From a virus: a stretch of 64,000 bases of DNA. Shown here piece after piece: positions 25,118 through 33,111 of this stretch; position 1 is the first letter of the stretch; the number at the start of each line of letters is the position of its first letter. Where the stretch lies: IMG/VR virus record IMGVR_UViG_3300031746_000001, one strand, 5' to 3'. The notes beneath the pieces are model-generated. The model worked only from the letters and a program-made list of their open reading frames with translations. It was not told the origin of the DNA and did not search any database. Position numbers and translations under genes: made by a program.

Positions 25118-26205
25118 GGCTTGACCCCCTCCACGTGGAAACTCTCGCAGTCGTATGGCGGCCCGATTTCATCCTTCAGGCCCCGGCGTTTCCGCTCGAG
25201 GCAGAAGTCCGGATTGGTCCCCTCCCCGATATCGAACACCTTAGCCTCGAACCCACACCTCCGAAGAGCATGGAGAATGAGCGGGACGTTCCAAACAAAC
25301 CTGTGTCCATGTTCCCGCACCAGCTCGTTCACTAGAAAGACGGAAAACGTGTAGCGGGATTGGAGCTGTTCGGGAATGGCATACTTATCAATCAACGTCT
25401 TGACATATTCCTCATCCCGATCGTCGATGCACTCGCCGTCCTCATCTGTAGCCATGAAATTGAACAGCTTATCGAGATCCGGGGTCACGATCCGGAGAAC
25501 GCCTCCCGGCTTCAAGACCCGGTAAGCCTCCCCGAAGAACTTGAGGGCACCCCCGAAGCCCACGTGCTCGAGGACATGCTCCATGAACAGGCACTCCACG
25601 CTACCATCCGCAAACTGCAGGGGCTTCGTGATATCCTGATCGGCCTCCTTCAGTATCTTCCATCCAGGCGCCTGGGCCCAGTGACCGCCAAGGATGACAC
25701 GGAGGGGCCCCTCCTTCTGTTCCTTCACCACGAGCCCGATAAGATGGGTAGCCGGAAGGAAGTGCGTATCACGATCATAGATAAAGCCCTCGGATGTCTG
25801 GTTGAAAAAGGTCGTATTCGGGGGCAAGACGCTCCGGTCAAACTCCTCCCCGATTTCAATAGAGAACATAAATACTTTAGCGGCACTCTCGACTAAATTC
25901 TTCGCATACTCACCCCAGTCGTGCGTTCTCTTGAAGGTATCAAGACAGACGATGGCGTCCGGAAACCCTAGAGCCGGGGGGTTCAGGATAGGCGAAACCT
26001 CAAACCCCATGTCCGAGAACACTTTCATCCCCTCTATGACGTCCGGCCCGGCGCCGGAGACAAAGACGGTCAGGATGCTGTAATCTCTTAGGGCGTACCC
26101 ACAGAAGTAATATCGGGCAAGCCTGCCAATTTTATCTGCTGGGTTTCCTGATATACGTTCTGCAGAAAATCGGCTTCCACCAACGGCCTCATTGTCCACG
26201 CACAC
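25114..26205 (-). CDS. methyltransferase (degenerate N-terminal domain + class I domain)
   Basis: EHVLEH, YRVLKPGGVLRI; N-terminus paralogous to 23552..24055; start uncertain. Confidence 0.7.
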   Translation of the reverse strand: MCVDNEAVGGSRFSAERISGNPADKIGRLARYYFCGYALRDYSILTVFVSGAGPDVIEGMKVFSDMGFEVSPILNPPALGFPDAIVCLDTFKRTHDWGEYAKNLVESAAKVFMFSIEIGEEFDRSVLPPNTTFFNQTSEGFIYDRDTHFLPATHLIGLVVKEQKEGPLRVILGGHWAQAPGWKILKEADQDITKPLQFADGSVECLFMEHVLEHVGFGGALKFFGEAYRVLKPGGVLRIVTPDLDKLFNFMATDEDGECIDDRDEEYVKTLIDKYAIPEQLQSRYTFSVFLVNELVREHGHRFVWNVPLILHALRRCGFEAKVFDIGEGTNPDFCLERKRRGLKDEIGPPYDCESFHVEGVKP

Positions 26206-27869
26206 CTCCCCATAACTTCGGCGATCCGATGAAGGTCATTCTCCATCCACCGGGGATAATCCTCATCCTCCGGCTTCGGGATTAGGGCCTCGGGAAAAAT
26301 CTCGTCCGGCAACCTCTGCAAAAGCAAGTTCGTCTCATCCAGCATCCTCGTGTAGAGAAAGAGGCGCCGGGAATCGAGTCGGGTATACTCCTCCCACTTG
26401 GTATCAAGGTTCTCCTTCGATGCGTAGCCGTAGTGAAGGACAGCAACCTCCTCCGTCCGGAAGGAATTCCGGTCAAGGCACCGAGGCCACAGCTGAAGAT
26501 GGGCTCCAACGGCGTTCCCCTGTTCGAAAAACATGATGCCGTCATTCCTCCACAGCCTCGCCCATCCCATGCTACACGACCAACCCATGTCCCGTCGACG
26601 CCAGCGGGGCGTCTTCCAGAGATTGTATTCGGGAAAGTAGATCGACGACCAGTCCTGCTTGTCGCCCTCCTCCATTAGCCGCCCCATGATCTCCCCGGCA
26701 TTCCGAGTTAAAACCTCGTCGATGTCCATCCAAAGCATCCACTGGGCTCCGACCTCTTTGCACCGGTCAACCAGGAACATCATATTTTCTATCTCGTAGT
26801 GCTTCCCCCGGTTCCGATCCCTCACCCAGACATACGAAGTATGCTTCCGGACGGCCGCTACCGTCCCGTCCGTGGAGCAGTCGTCGAGAACAAAGAGAGC
26901 ATCGAGGCCCCAGGTCTTGGCCTGATCGAAGAACTTGTCGAAGTAGTCCCGCCCGACCTCGTTATACGTCCGAACGAATCCCACGAGGCGTTTTGGGGTT
27001 TTCAAGATATTAAGGCGGTAGCGGCGATCCTCAAAGTGCTGGCGTTGCGGATCGGCAGGAACACTGGGAACGCAAGACCACTCGTCCACGATCACGTCGG
27101 GATCTCCCCAGACCCGACCGACGTTGGCAACGGTCTTGAACTCGCTTAGGAAGCGGGTCTGGTTCTTGAGGCAGTAGAAGTCTGATCCAAGATCGACCCG
27201 GGGATGATACTGGTGAAGTCCTATCATGTCGTCGGCGTGGAAGAGCTCTACCCCGGAAGCCATCATCCGACGACCACATTCGGTGTCCTCCCAGGCCAGA
27301 CCCTGCATGTAGTCCTCGTCAATCCCTCCGATCTTCTCCATGAGGGATTTCGGGATGACCCCGATGAAGTAGAGTCCGGCCATATCCGGGCGCTCGGTGG
27401 AGCAGGTGAGGTTGATCAGCCCCGACGAGCTGAAGGTGTGGAGCTCATCCATCAGAAGCTGGGTCCAGGGAGGGACGTCTACGACCCGAGCCCGCACGAC
27501 CCGACCCTCCTTGCCTAATTCATCGGCCTGCCATAAAGTCTCGGTAACGTGGATGACCTCCGGGCTTGTCAGCATGAGAAGGTCGCCCCGGGCCCTGCGG
27601 ATCCCGACGTTCCAAGCTAGCGCAGGATTGCACGTCCCAGTGGGACCGTGGTAGACGGGGATCTTGGCCTTCGAGTCGTCGATCCGAAGGTAGGTGAGGT
27701 TCAGAACGCCGGAGAGGGATTGCAGATATTCCTTGAGGCCGTCCGAGGACCCGTAGTCCACAAAGATGACCTCGTAATTCTCTCGGGGATAATCCTGAGT
27801 GTAGATCGAGGGGAACGCCCGCTTGAGGAGATCTAAACGGTTGAGAATCGGAATCACGATCGAGATCAC
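26088..27869 (-). CDS. two-domain GT2 glycosyltransferase
   Basis: ISIVIP, VDYGSSDG, GGIDEDY, WEDTE; second domain LDDCSTDGT, MDIDE, LHYGY. Confidence 0.85.
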   Translation of the reverse strand: MISIVIPILNRLDLLKRAFPSIYTQDYPRENYEVIFVDYGSSDGLKEYLQSLSGVLNLTYLRIDDSKAKIPVYHGPTGTCNPALAWNVGIRRARGDLLMLTSPEVIHVTETLWQADELGKEGRVVRARVVDVPPWTQLLMDELHTFSSSGLINLTCSTERPDMAGLYFIGVIPKSLMEKIGGIDEDYMQGLAWEDTECGRRMMASGVELFHADDMIGLHQYHPRVDLGSDFYCLKNQTRFLSEFKTVANVGRVWGDPDVIVDEWSCVPSVPADPQRQHFEDRRYRLNILKTPKRLVGFVRTYNEVGRDYFDKFFDQAKTWGLDALFVLDDCSTDGTVAAVRKHTSYVWVRDRNRGKHYEIENMMFLVDRCKEVGAQWMLWMDIDEVLTRNAGEIMGRLMEEGDKQDWSSIYFPEYNLWKTPRWRRRDMGWSCSMGWARLWRNDGIMFFEQGNAVGAHLQLWPRCLDRNSFRTEEVAVLHYGYASKENLDTKWEEYTRLDSRRLFLYTRMLDETNLLLQRLPDEIFPEALIPKPEDEDYPRWMENDLHRIAEVMGRCAWTMRPLVEADFLQNVYQETQQIKLAGLPDITSVGTP

Positions 27870-28177
27870 TTCGGAACCTCCGTCCCTTTCAATGTATTCT
27901 CATCGAGCTGTCGCCCACGATCATCGAAGTAGATATCGGCATGGAGCTTCCCGCAGACGAGGACGGCATCCTTCAGGCCGTTCTTCTCCATCCACGCACG
28001 GATATCCACATACTCCCACCAACCCCGGGCCGTGAAAATAAAGACTAGGTTACCTTCCTGCATCCATCGGATTGCTAAATCTATGTTCGGGTGAATGACC
28101 TCTCCGATCTCTCCCCCCTCTTTGTCGGGGTTCACCTTTGCGAGCGTTCCGTCGAGGTCAAAGGCTATCTTCTTCAC
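27866..28177 (-). CDS. HAD-family phosphatase (capsule-biosynthesis type)
   Basis: FDLDGTL, FTAR, K...YFDDR. Confidence 0.8.
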   Translation of the reverse strand: MKKIAFDLDGTLAKVNPDKEGGEIGEVIHPNIDLAIRWMQEGNLVFIFTARGWWEYVDIRAWMEKNGLKDAVLVCGKLHADIYFDDRGRQLDENTLKGTEVPK

Positions 28178-29631
28178 TTGGCTTCACCTCCCTTCAAGAT
28201 CGACATCAGGGCGTCGTAGACTTGCTCGACGGAAACCCCGTCGAGGCAGGCCCTGTGGTTGCAAATCTTGTCCTCCATATAGCAGGGCTGACACTTGACT
28301 CCCTGGAAGATATTTACATTCTGGTCGTAGCCGGAGCTTTTCGGGCACGTGCTTCCGAAAATCACAACCGCCCGGGTCTTCATGGCCTGCGACAAGTGAT
28401 TGGTCACGGAGTCCCCGCAGATCAACGCCTGGGCCCGCTCAATGAGGACAGCCAGACCCTTGAGATTCGTCATCCCAGCGGCACAGGTGAAATTGTTGCT
28501 CTCCTTCAGGACCGGCTCCTCCTTCTGATCCCCGACCTGGATGATCTTGTAGCCCTCCGATATCAGCCGCTGGCAAAGACGTCCCCACAGCCGTGGCGGC
28601 CAGGCTTTATTGATCGTGAAGCCGGGGTAAGGGTGAACGACGATATAGGGCATGCCGACCTTGCCGACGATCTCTCCCATCGTCTTCCAAACGTTCGGGT
28701 CGACGGGGTAGGAGATATCCCGGCTCGGCGGGACCCCGGCCTGTTCGCAGAACCACTCTGTCAGATGCTTCGTGTCCTGGACCTTCCGATCGGGATACCG
28801 GAAGTAGATATCCGTGTCCGGCCACTGGGCGAAGCCCTTCTCCCCCGGATGCGTCCCGGGCGGGTTGGCGTAGCGGACAACATCGATGTCCGGGTGGTCT
28901 GCAATCAAGGGGAGCCACTTGGGGTCGGTGAGGTAAATGAGGACGTCGTGCTTCTTCTTGAGCAGGGATACAGCGGGGAGGGTCATGAGCATGTCCCCCA
29001 ACATCCCAAGCCTCTGAACCTGGACGGTATCGACCTTCGTCCGCAAGTCCTTGAGCCGACCCAGGAGCACGGGATCCTCCGGCAGGTAGTTCAAATTACT
29101 CACGGTCGTGATCAACCGCTCCCTATCGGATTGAAAGTCGACCTTCCGGGCCACGAGGTCAAAGGCGTACTCGTCATTCTCGTTGTGGGATTCAACGTGC
29201 ATAAACATCATGCCATCTAGAAGAGCTAACGGTCGAAGAACATCTTCCGGCAGAAAGTCGTAGCGGTGGTTTGGATTGGATCCCGGCATACCGATATTGG
29301 GATAGAAGTTCTTGTGCGGCAGATAAAGAACGAGATACCCTCCCGGCCTCACGAGCCGACACCACTCCCGAAGGGTCGCCACCTTGTCGACCTGGTCCTC
29401 CAGAGCATGAGAGGAGAATACATAGTCAAATGCGCCATCGGCAAAAATAGGAAGGGAAGTGATGTCTCCGGCGACATTCACTTCCTTCCCCGCACGATCC
29501 ACGCCGATAGCTCCCGGAACTACCTTCTCGTCCCCACACCCTAAATCAACTCCTGTCCCCTTACAGAATTGTTCCAGGCGAGCACGACACTTACGAGACT
29601 CAAACCCCTTGGATGTTTCTTCTGACCACAT
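28174..29631 (-). CDS. methyltransferase-GT9 glycosyltransferase fusion
   Basis: DLGCG, FSSHALE; LGDMLM.LP, KAWP, DS...H, VIFG. Confidence 0.85.
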   Translation of the reverse strand: MWSEETSKGFESRKCRARLEQFCKGTGVDLGCGDEKVVPGAIGVDRAGKEVNVAGDITSLPIFADGAFDYVFSSHALEDQVDKVATLREWCRLVRPGGYLVLYLPHKNFYPNIGMPGSNPNHRYDFLPEDVLRPLALLDGMMFMHVESHNENDEYAFDLVARKVDFQSDRERLITTVSNLNYLPEDPVLLGRLKDLRTKVDTVQVQRLGMLGDMLMTLPAVSLLKKKHDVLIYLTDPKWLPLIADHPDIDVVRYANPPGTHPGEKGFAQWPDTDIYFRYPDRKVQDTKHLTEWFCEQAGVPPSRDISYPVDPNVWKTMGEIVGKVGMPYIVVHPYPGFTINKAWPPRLWGRLCQRLISEGYKIIQVGDQKEEPVLKESNNFTCAAGMTNLKGLAVLIERAQALICGDSVTNHLSQAMKTRAVVIFGSTCPKSSGYDQNVNIFQGVKCQPCYMEDKICNHRACLDGVSVEQVYDALMSILKGGEAK

Positions 29632-29666
29632 GAATTAAAGGTTCTCCTTCTGCATATTGGCTAAAC

Positions 29667-29695
29667 ATTATAAGGGATTTCAATTTGATTGTCAA
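29667..29695 (-). promoter_or_regulatory. sigma70 promoter P6 (TTGACA-17-TATAAT) of the glycosylation operon
   Basis: Perfect consensus. Confidence 0.85.
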
Positions 29696-29719
29696 GACCC
29701 TCCTGGGAAAAAGTTTAAT

Positions 29720-29887
29720 AGTCGCATTTTGCGACTCAGACAAATACTAAAGAACAGATTAACTACAAACAGCTTTTAAGAGAAGAGAAGAACAACAAGT
29801 AATATATACAGAAAAGCGTGTAGTCGCATAATGCGACTGGATTAGCAGGGGAAACAGCTACTTCCCAAAAAGTCGCATTTTGCGACT
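29720..29887. repeat. three 17-bp palindromes AGTCGCA-N3-TGCGACT around an A-rich tract (origin iterons or operators)
   Basis: Copies at 29720-29736, 29822-29838 and 29871-29887. Confidence 0.8.
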
Positions 29888-29911
29888 ACCTGCTGGCGCC
29901 AGCGGACGGAC

Positions 29912-32155
29912 TCACATTCCGGTGGCTACCATTCTCCTCTCTGGGACGGTTAGACCGTAAAGGTCGGAAACCAAGTCCTCCACCTCCTGGTAGGCGGTCT
30001 TGATCCGCCAGCGGGCCGACGCCTTCTCATGAGGCCCCTGGATGGAGGGGAGGGTCCGGTTGAGGGTTAGGAGCTCGTCCACGAGGGAAACGATCTGATC
30101 GTGGGCCCTCTTCTCTGCCGGACCGTCTATGGCCGGGATGGGAAGCTCAAGGATGTGGTAGAAATGGAGCTCGCAGAGAATCCTCCTGCGGGTCTGGATG
30201 TAGAACCTCCTCACGTAGTAATTGAGGAGCTGGGTATTCATGACTCCGATCAAGTAGCGGTCGGATATCTTGCCGTTGTTGATGCATCCGTAGACGGCAT
30301 CCACGAACACACAGCGGTCGTAGTCCAGGGAGGTGGTGAGCTGATTCGTGAAGCCCCGGATGACTATCTTCTCTGGCATCTCTCCGAAGAGGCTAACGAG
30401 ATGGGCGATCTCCTTGCTCTTGGCGGGATCCACCCAGTGATCTTGCAGGTTGACCTTGTAGCGGTCGACATCCGTCCCTAGGAGGGCTCTTATGCCGCCC
30501 TGCTCTGGACCTGCGACGTTGTGGGCCTCGTCCCAGCGGAAGCCGTCCTTGATCTTAAGGAACTCGGCGATCGTCGGCCTGCCGGACGCCGTCATCTTGC
30601 CGAACATCTCTATGTCCGCATCGGAGCAGAAGACGTTGAGCAGGGCCCGGGGAAACCCCTTGAACCGCTCCTGGTGGACGGGATTCGTCCGCTCGAACGT
30701 CGCGGTCTTATTTACGATCCGGACGTTGACCACGTTCCCGTTGGAGGGAACCTTCCGCATAGCAAAGACCGTGCATTTGATGGCGATCCCCTCAAAGGCC
30801 GGTCCGACGTCGTTGACCTCGAGGATCGTCCAGTCGAGAAGGGCCCTCCGGGCCGCCTCACCATCCTGTGTGAACAGCAGGGAGAGGGGAACGATGAACG
30901 AGAAGTAGCCTTCCGGCTTTAGAAGGGAGACGGATTTTAGGATGAAGAGGAGGTAAAGGTTGGACTGCCCCTTGATCGAATACTTCTCCTCGAAGTAAAC
31001 TTTCTGCAGGTCATCGTGCATGGCTCCCGTCCGGACATAGGGAGGGTTGCCGATGATGATATCGAACCCCCCCTCGGACATGGGTTCAGAAAAACCCTTT
31101 ATCCAGTCGAACGGGTTGATCTTCTGACGCTCGACTTCGGGAAGATTGTAGAACTCTGGCTTGAGAGAGACATCCGTCCCCACGAGGGTATTCCCGCACC
31201 GGATGTTTTGGGTCATGTCGAGCGTTCCTTGACCATCGGTAATAGTGACCTCCTGCCCTTCGTAGAGCTTCAGGAGGAGAGAAAGCCTCGCCAGGCGCAC
31301 GGCGTTGGGATCCAGGTCGATGCCGAAGATCTGCCTCTGAAGCACCTCCATCCGTTCGTGAAGACTGAGGGGAGAATTCTTTTGGGCTTTCTTCTGGGCC
31401 TCGAAGTAGGACAAGAGATACTCGTAGGCCGCGACGAGGAAGTTACCCGACCCGCAGGCCGGGTCGATGATCCGGAGACGCTGGGCCCAATACCAAGTGA
31501 CCTCTTTTAGCTTTCTGCAGAGGGTCTGTTCGATGATGTGGTCTACGATGTGCTTCGGGGTGTAATAAACACCTCCGACCTTCCGCTCCTCCGTGTTGAA
31601 GGAGTACTCGACGTCATGTAAAGTCTTGCCCCTCTCGGACTCGCCCTCGCCGACGGACGTCCACTTCACGATCCGGACGGCACACCCGAAGTAGGCCTCA
31701 TGCATCGTCCCGAGGATGTCTAAAGATATCTGGTCGAACTGGTGTGACTCGTAAGCATCGGCCAGGATCGACCGCAGGACGTCCGGGGAGATAAAGACCC
31801 AGGACTCCCACTCCTGGGGCTCAAATAAGTCTCCCCCGAAAATGCTGTGGTAGTGCTGGAACTCCTGCCGGAGGACGTCGAGGGCGTTGCCTGTGGTGCC
31901 TTCGGGGAAGAGGGTATTCAGGTGGGGTCGGGCAAGGGCCTTGCGGTCCTCACAGAACCGGATGAACACGATCCGGTCGAGAATCCTGCGGGTGATCTCC
32001 TTCAGCCGGAGGGCGTCCCCCTCGGGATCCTCCGAGTCGAACTTCTCTCTTTGGTTCCGGAATACGTCCTTTGCTAAAACTCCCCACCACTTGCGGAGGT
32101 GGATTAGCAGATCCCGTTCACGCCTTTGGGAGCGGTCTGTTTTGATCAGTGACAT
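29912..32155 (-). CDS. Type IIG/Eco57I-like N6-adenine DNA methyltransferase with TRD and no evident nuclease domain
   Basis: GVYYTP, DPACGSGNF, GIDLD, GFDIIIGNPPY. Confidence 0.85.
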   Translation of the reverse strand: MSLIKTDRSQRRERDLLIHLRKWWGVLAKDVFRNQREKFDSEDPEGDALRLKEITRRILDRIVFIRFCEDRKALARPHLNTLFPEGTTGNALDVLRQEFQHYHSIFGGDLFEPQEWESWVFISPDVLRSILADAYESHQFDQISLDILGTMHEAYFGCAVRIVKWTSVGEGESERGKTLHDVEYSFNTEERKVGGVYYTPKHIVDHIIEQTLCRKLKEVTWYWAQRLRIIDPACGSGNFLVAAYEYLLSYFEAQKKAQKNSPLSLHERMEVLQRQIFGIDLDPNAVRLARLSLLLKLYEGQEVTITDGQGTLDMTQNIRCGNTLVGTDVSLKPEFYNLPEVERQKINPFDWIKGFSEPMSEGGFDIIIGNPPYVRTGAMHDDLQKVYFEEKYSIKGQSNLYLLFILKSVSLLKPEGYFSFIVPLSLLFTQDGEAARRALLDWTILEVNDVGPAFEGIAIKCTVFAMRKVPSNGNVVNVRIVNKTATFERTNPVHQERFKGFPRALLNVFCSDADIEMFGKMTASGRPTIAEFLKIKDGFRWDEAHNVAGPEQGGIRALLGTDVDRYKVNLQDHWVDPAKSKEIAHLVSLFGEMPEKIVIRGFTNQLTTSLDYDRCVFVDAVYGCINNGKISDRYLIGVMNTQLLNYYVRRFYIQTRRRILCELHFYHILELPIPAIDGPAEKRAHDQIVSLVDELLTLNRTLPSIQGPHEKASARWRIKTAYQEVEDLVSDLYGLTVPERRMVATGM

Positions 32156-32870
32156 TGATCCTCCTCGCATTCTCACATGAACGACACAGTAAATCCGAGC
32201 TCATGGCTCCGGATAGTTTCCGGATGCCTTCCCGGTCCAGGGACTCCCACGACTGATTCAGGAGATTCCCGATCTTGTGCTTCAGGCCGTAGTCCATGCA
32301 ACACAGGTAGACGTTCCCGTTCGGTAGGACTTCGTTGTGATCGAACTGGTCCCCGCAGACCCCGCAGTGAAGGGGCCCTTCTATCGGGGTGATCCCGGCA
32401 TACAGGTTTCCGGCCCGGGAGACGGGAGAGTGAACCCGATCATCGAGGTTCTTGATCTTGGCGTCCACGGCCACCATCAGGGCATCCCGCTTCTTCTTGA
32501 ACCAGTCGTCCGTGAGCTCCGGGGAGGCCGTCCGGTGGATGACTATGATGTCAAACATCATCCCCTGGATGATGGCCACGTCCTTCTCGGTCATGCCGAC
32601 CATCGTCGTGTAGAGGGCTACCGGATGCCCGGCCAGACCTGCGGCTCTCATCATCCGGGACCCTTCCGGATTCAGGAAGGGCTCCGAGAACCCGGAGAAG
32701 TCGACCCGGACGGTCTTGGGAACCGTGGAGATGATGGTATCGAAGTCGGCAAACGCCATCTCCTTCGGTTGCTTCGCCTGCAGGTGGTAATTGTAGACCA
32801 GCTTCTTCTGCGGGCAGTATTTACACCGGTTAACACAGCCGATCACTGTGGTTATTTCAAGGGTGTTCAT
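32118..32870 (-). CDS. radical SAM protein with SPASM/twitch domain
   Basis: CVNRCKYC; EPFLN; LPNGNVYLCC...IGNL...CRSC. Confidence 0.85.
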   Translation of the reverse strand: MNTLEITTVIGCVNRCKYCPQKKLVYNYHLQAKQPKEMAFADFDTIISTVPKTVRVDFSGFSEPFLNPEGSRMMRAAGLAGHPVALYTTMVGMTEKDVAIIQGMMFDIIVIHRTASPELTDDWFKKKRDALMVAVDAKIKNLDDRVHSPVSRAGNLYAGITPIEGPLHCGVCGDQFDHNEVLPNGNVYLCCMDYGLKHKIGNLLNQSWESLDREGIRKLSGAMSSDLLCRSCENARRINVTDQNRPLPKA

Positions 32871-33100
32871 CTCGCATCCTCCACGGGTTGGTAGGTCTCT
32901 TCGAAGATCTCCTTCTTGCACGGGTACACCTCACCCCGGACCCCGATCAGCAGATAGTCTCCGGCTTCTCCCTTCATCGTTCCCTCGAGCGTCTGGACCT
33001 CGAAGGGCTCGTCGATCCGTGCCGCACTGATAGGAATCGGCTTCTTCATGAACTTCCTGAACGTCTCGTCGATCATCACCCCTTGCCTAAAATACTTCAT
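32867..33100 (-). CDS. small conserved phage protein (PGDYG-like)
   Basis: TLEG.M...GDY...GEVYPCK.EIFEETY. Confidence 0.7.
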   Translation of the reverse strand: MKYFRQGVMIDETFRKFMKKPIPISAARIDEPFEVQTLEGTMKGEAGDYLLIGVRGEVYPCKKEIFEETYQPVEDAR

Positions 33101-33111
33101 GCATCCCTCCT

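Noticed and set aside
29720-29887. Possible mini CRISPR array
   Set aside because: The repeats are only 17 bp, the gaps are very unequal (85 and 32 bp), and no cas genes are present.
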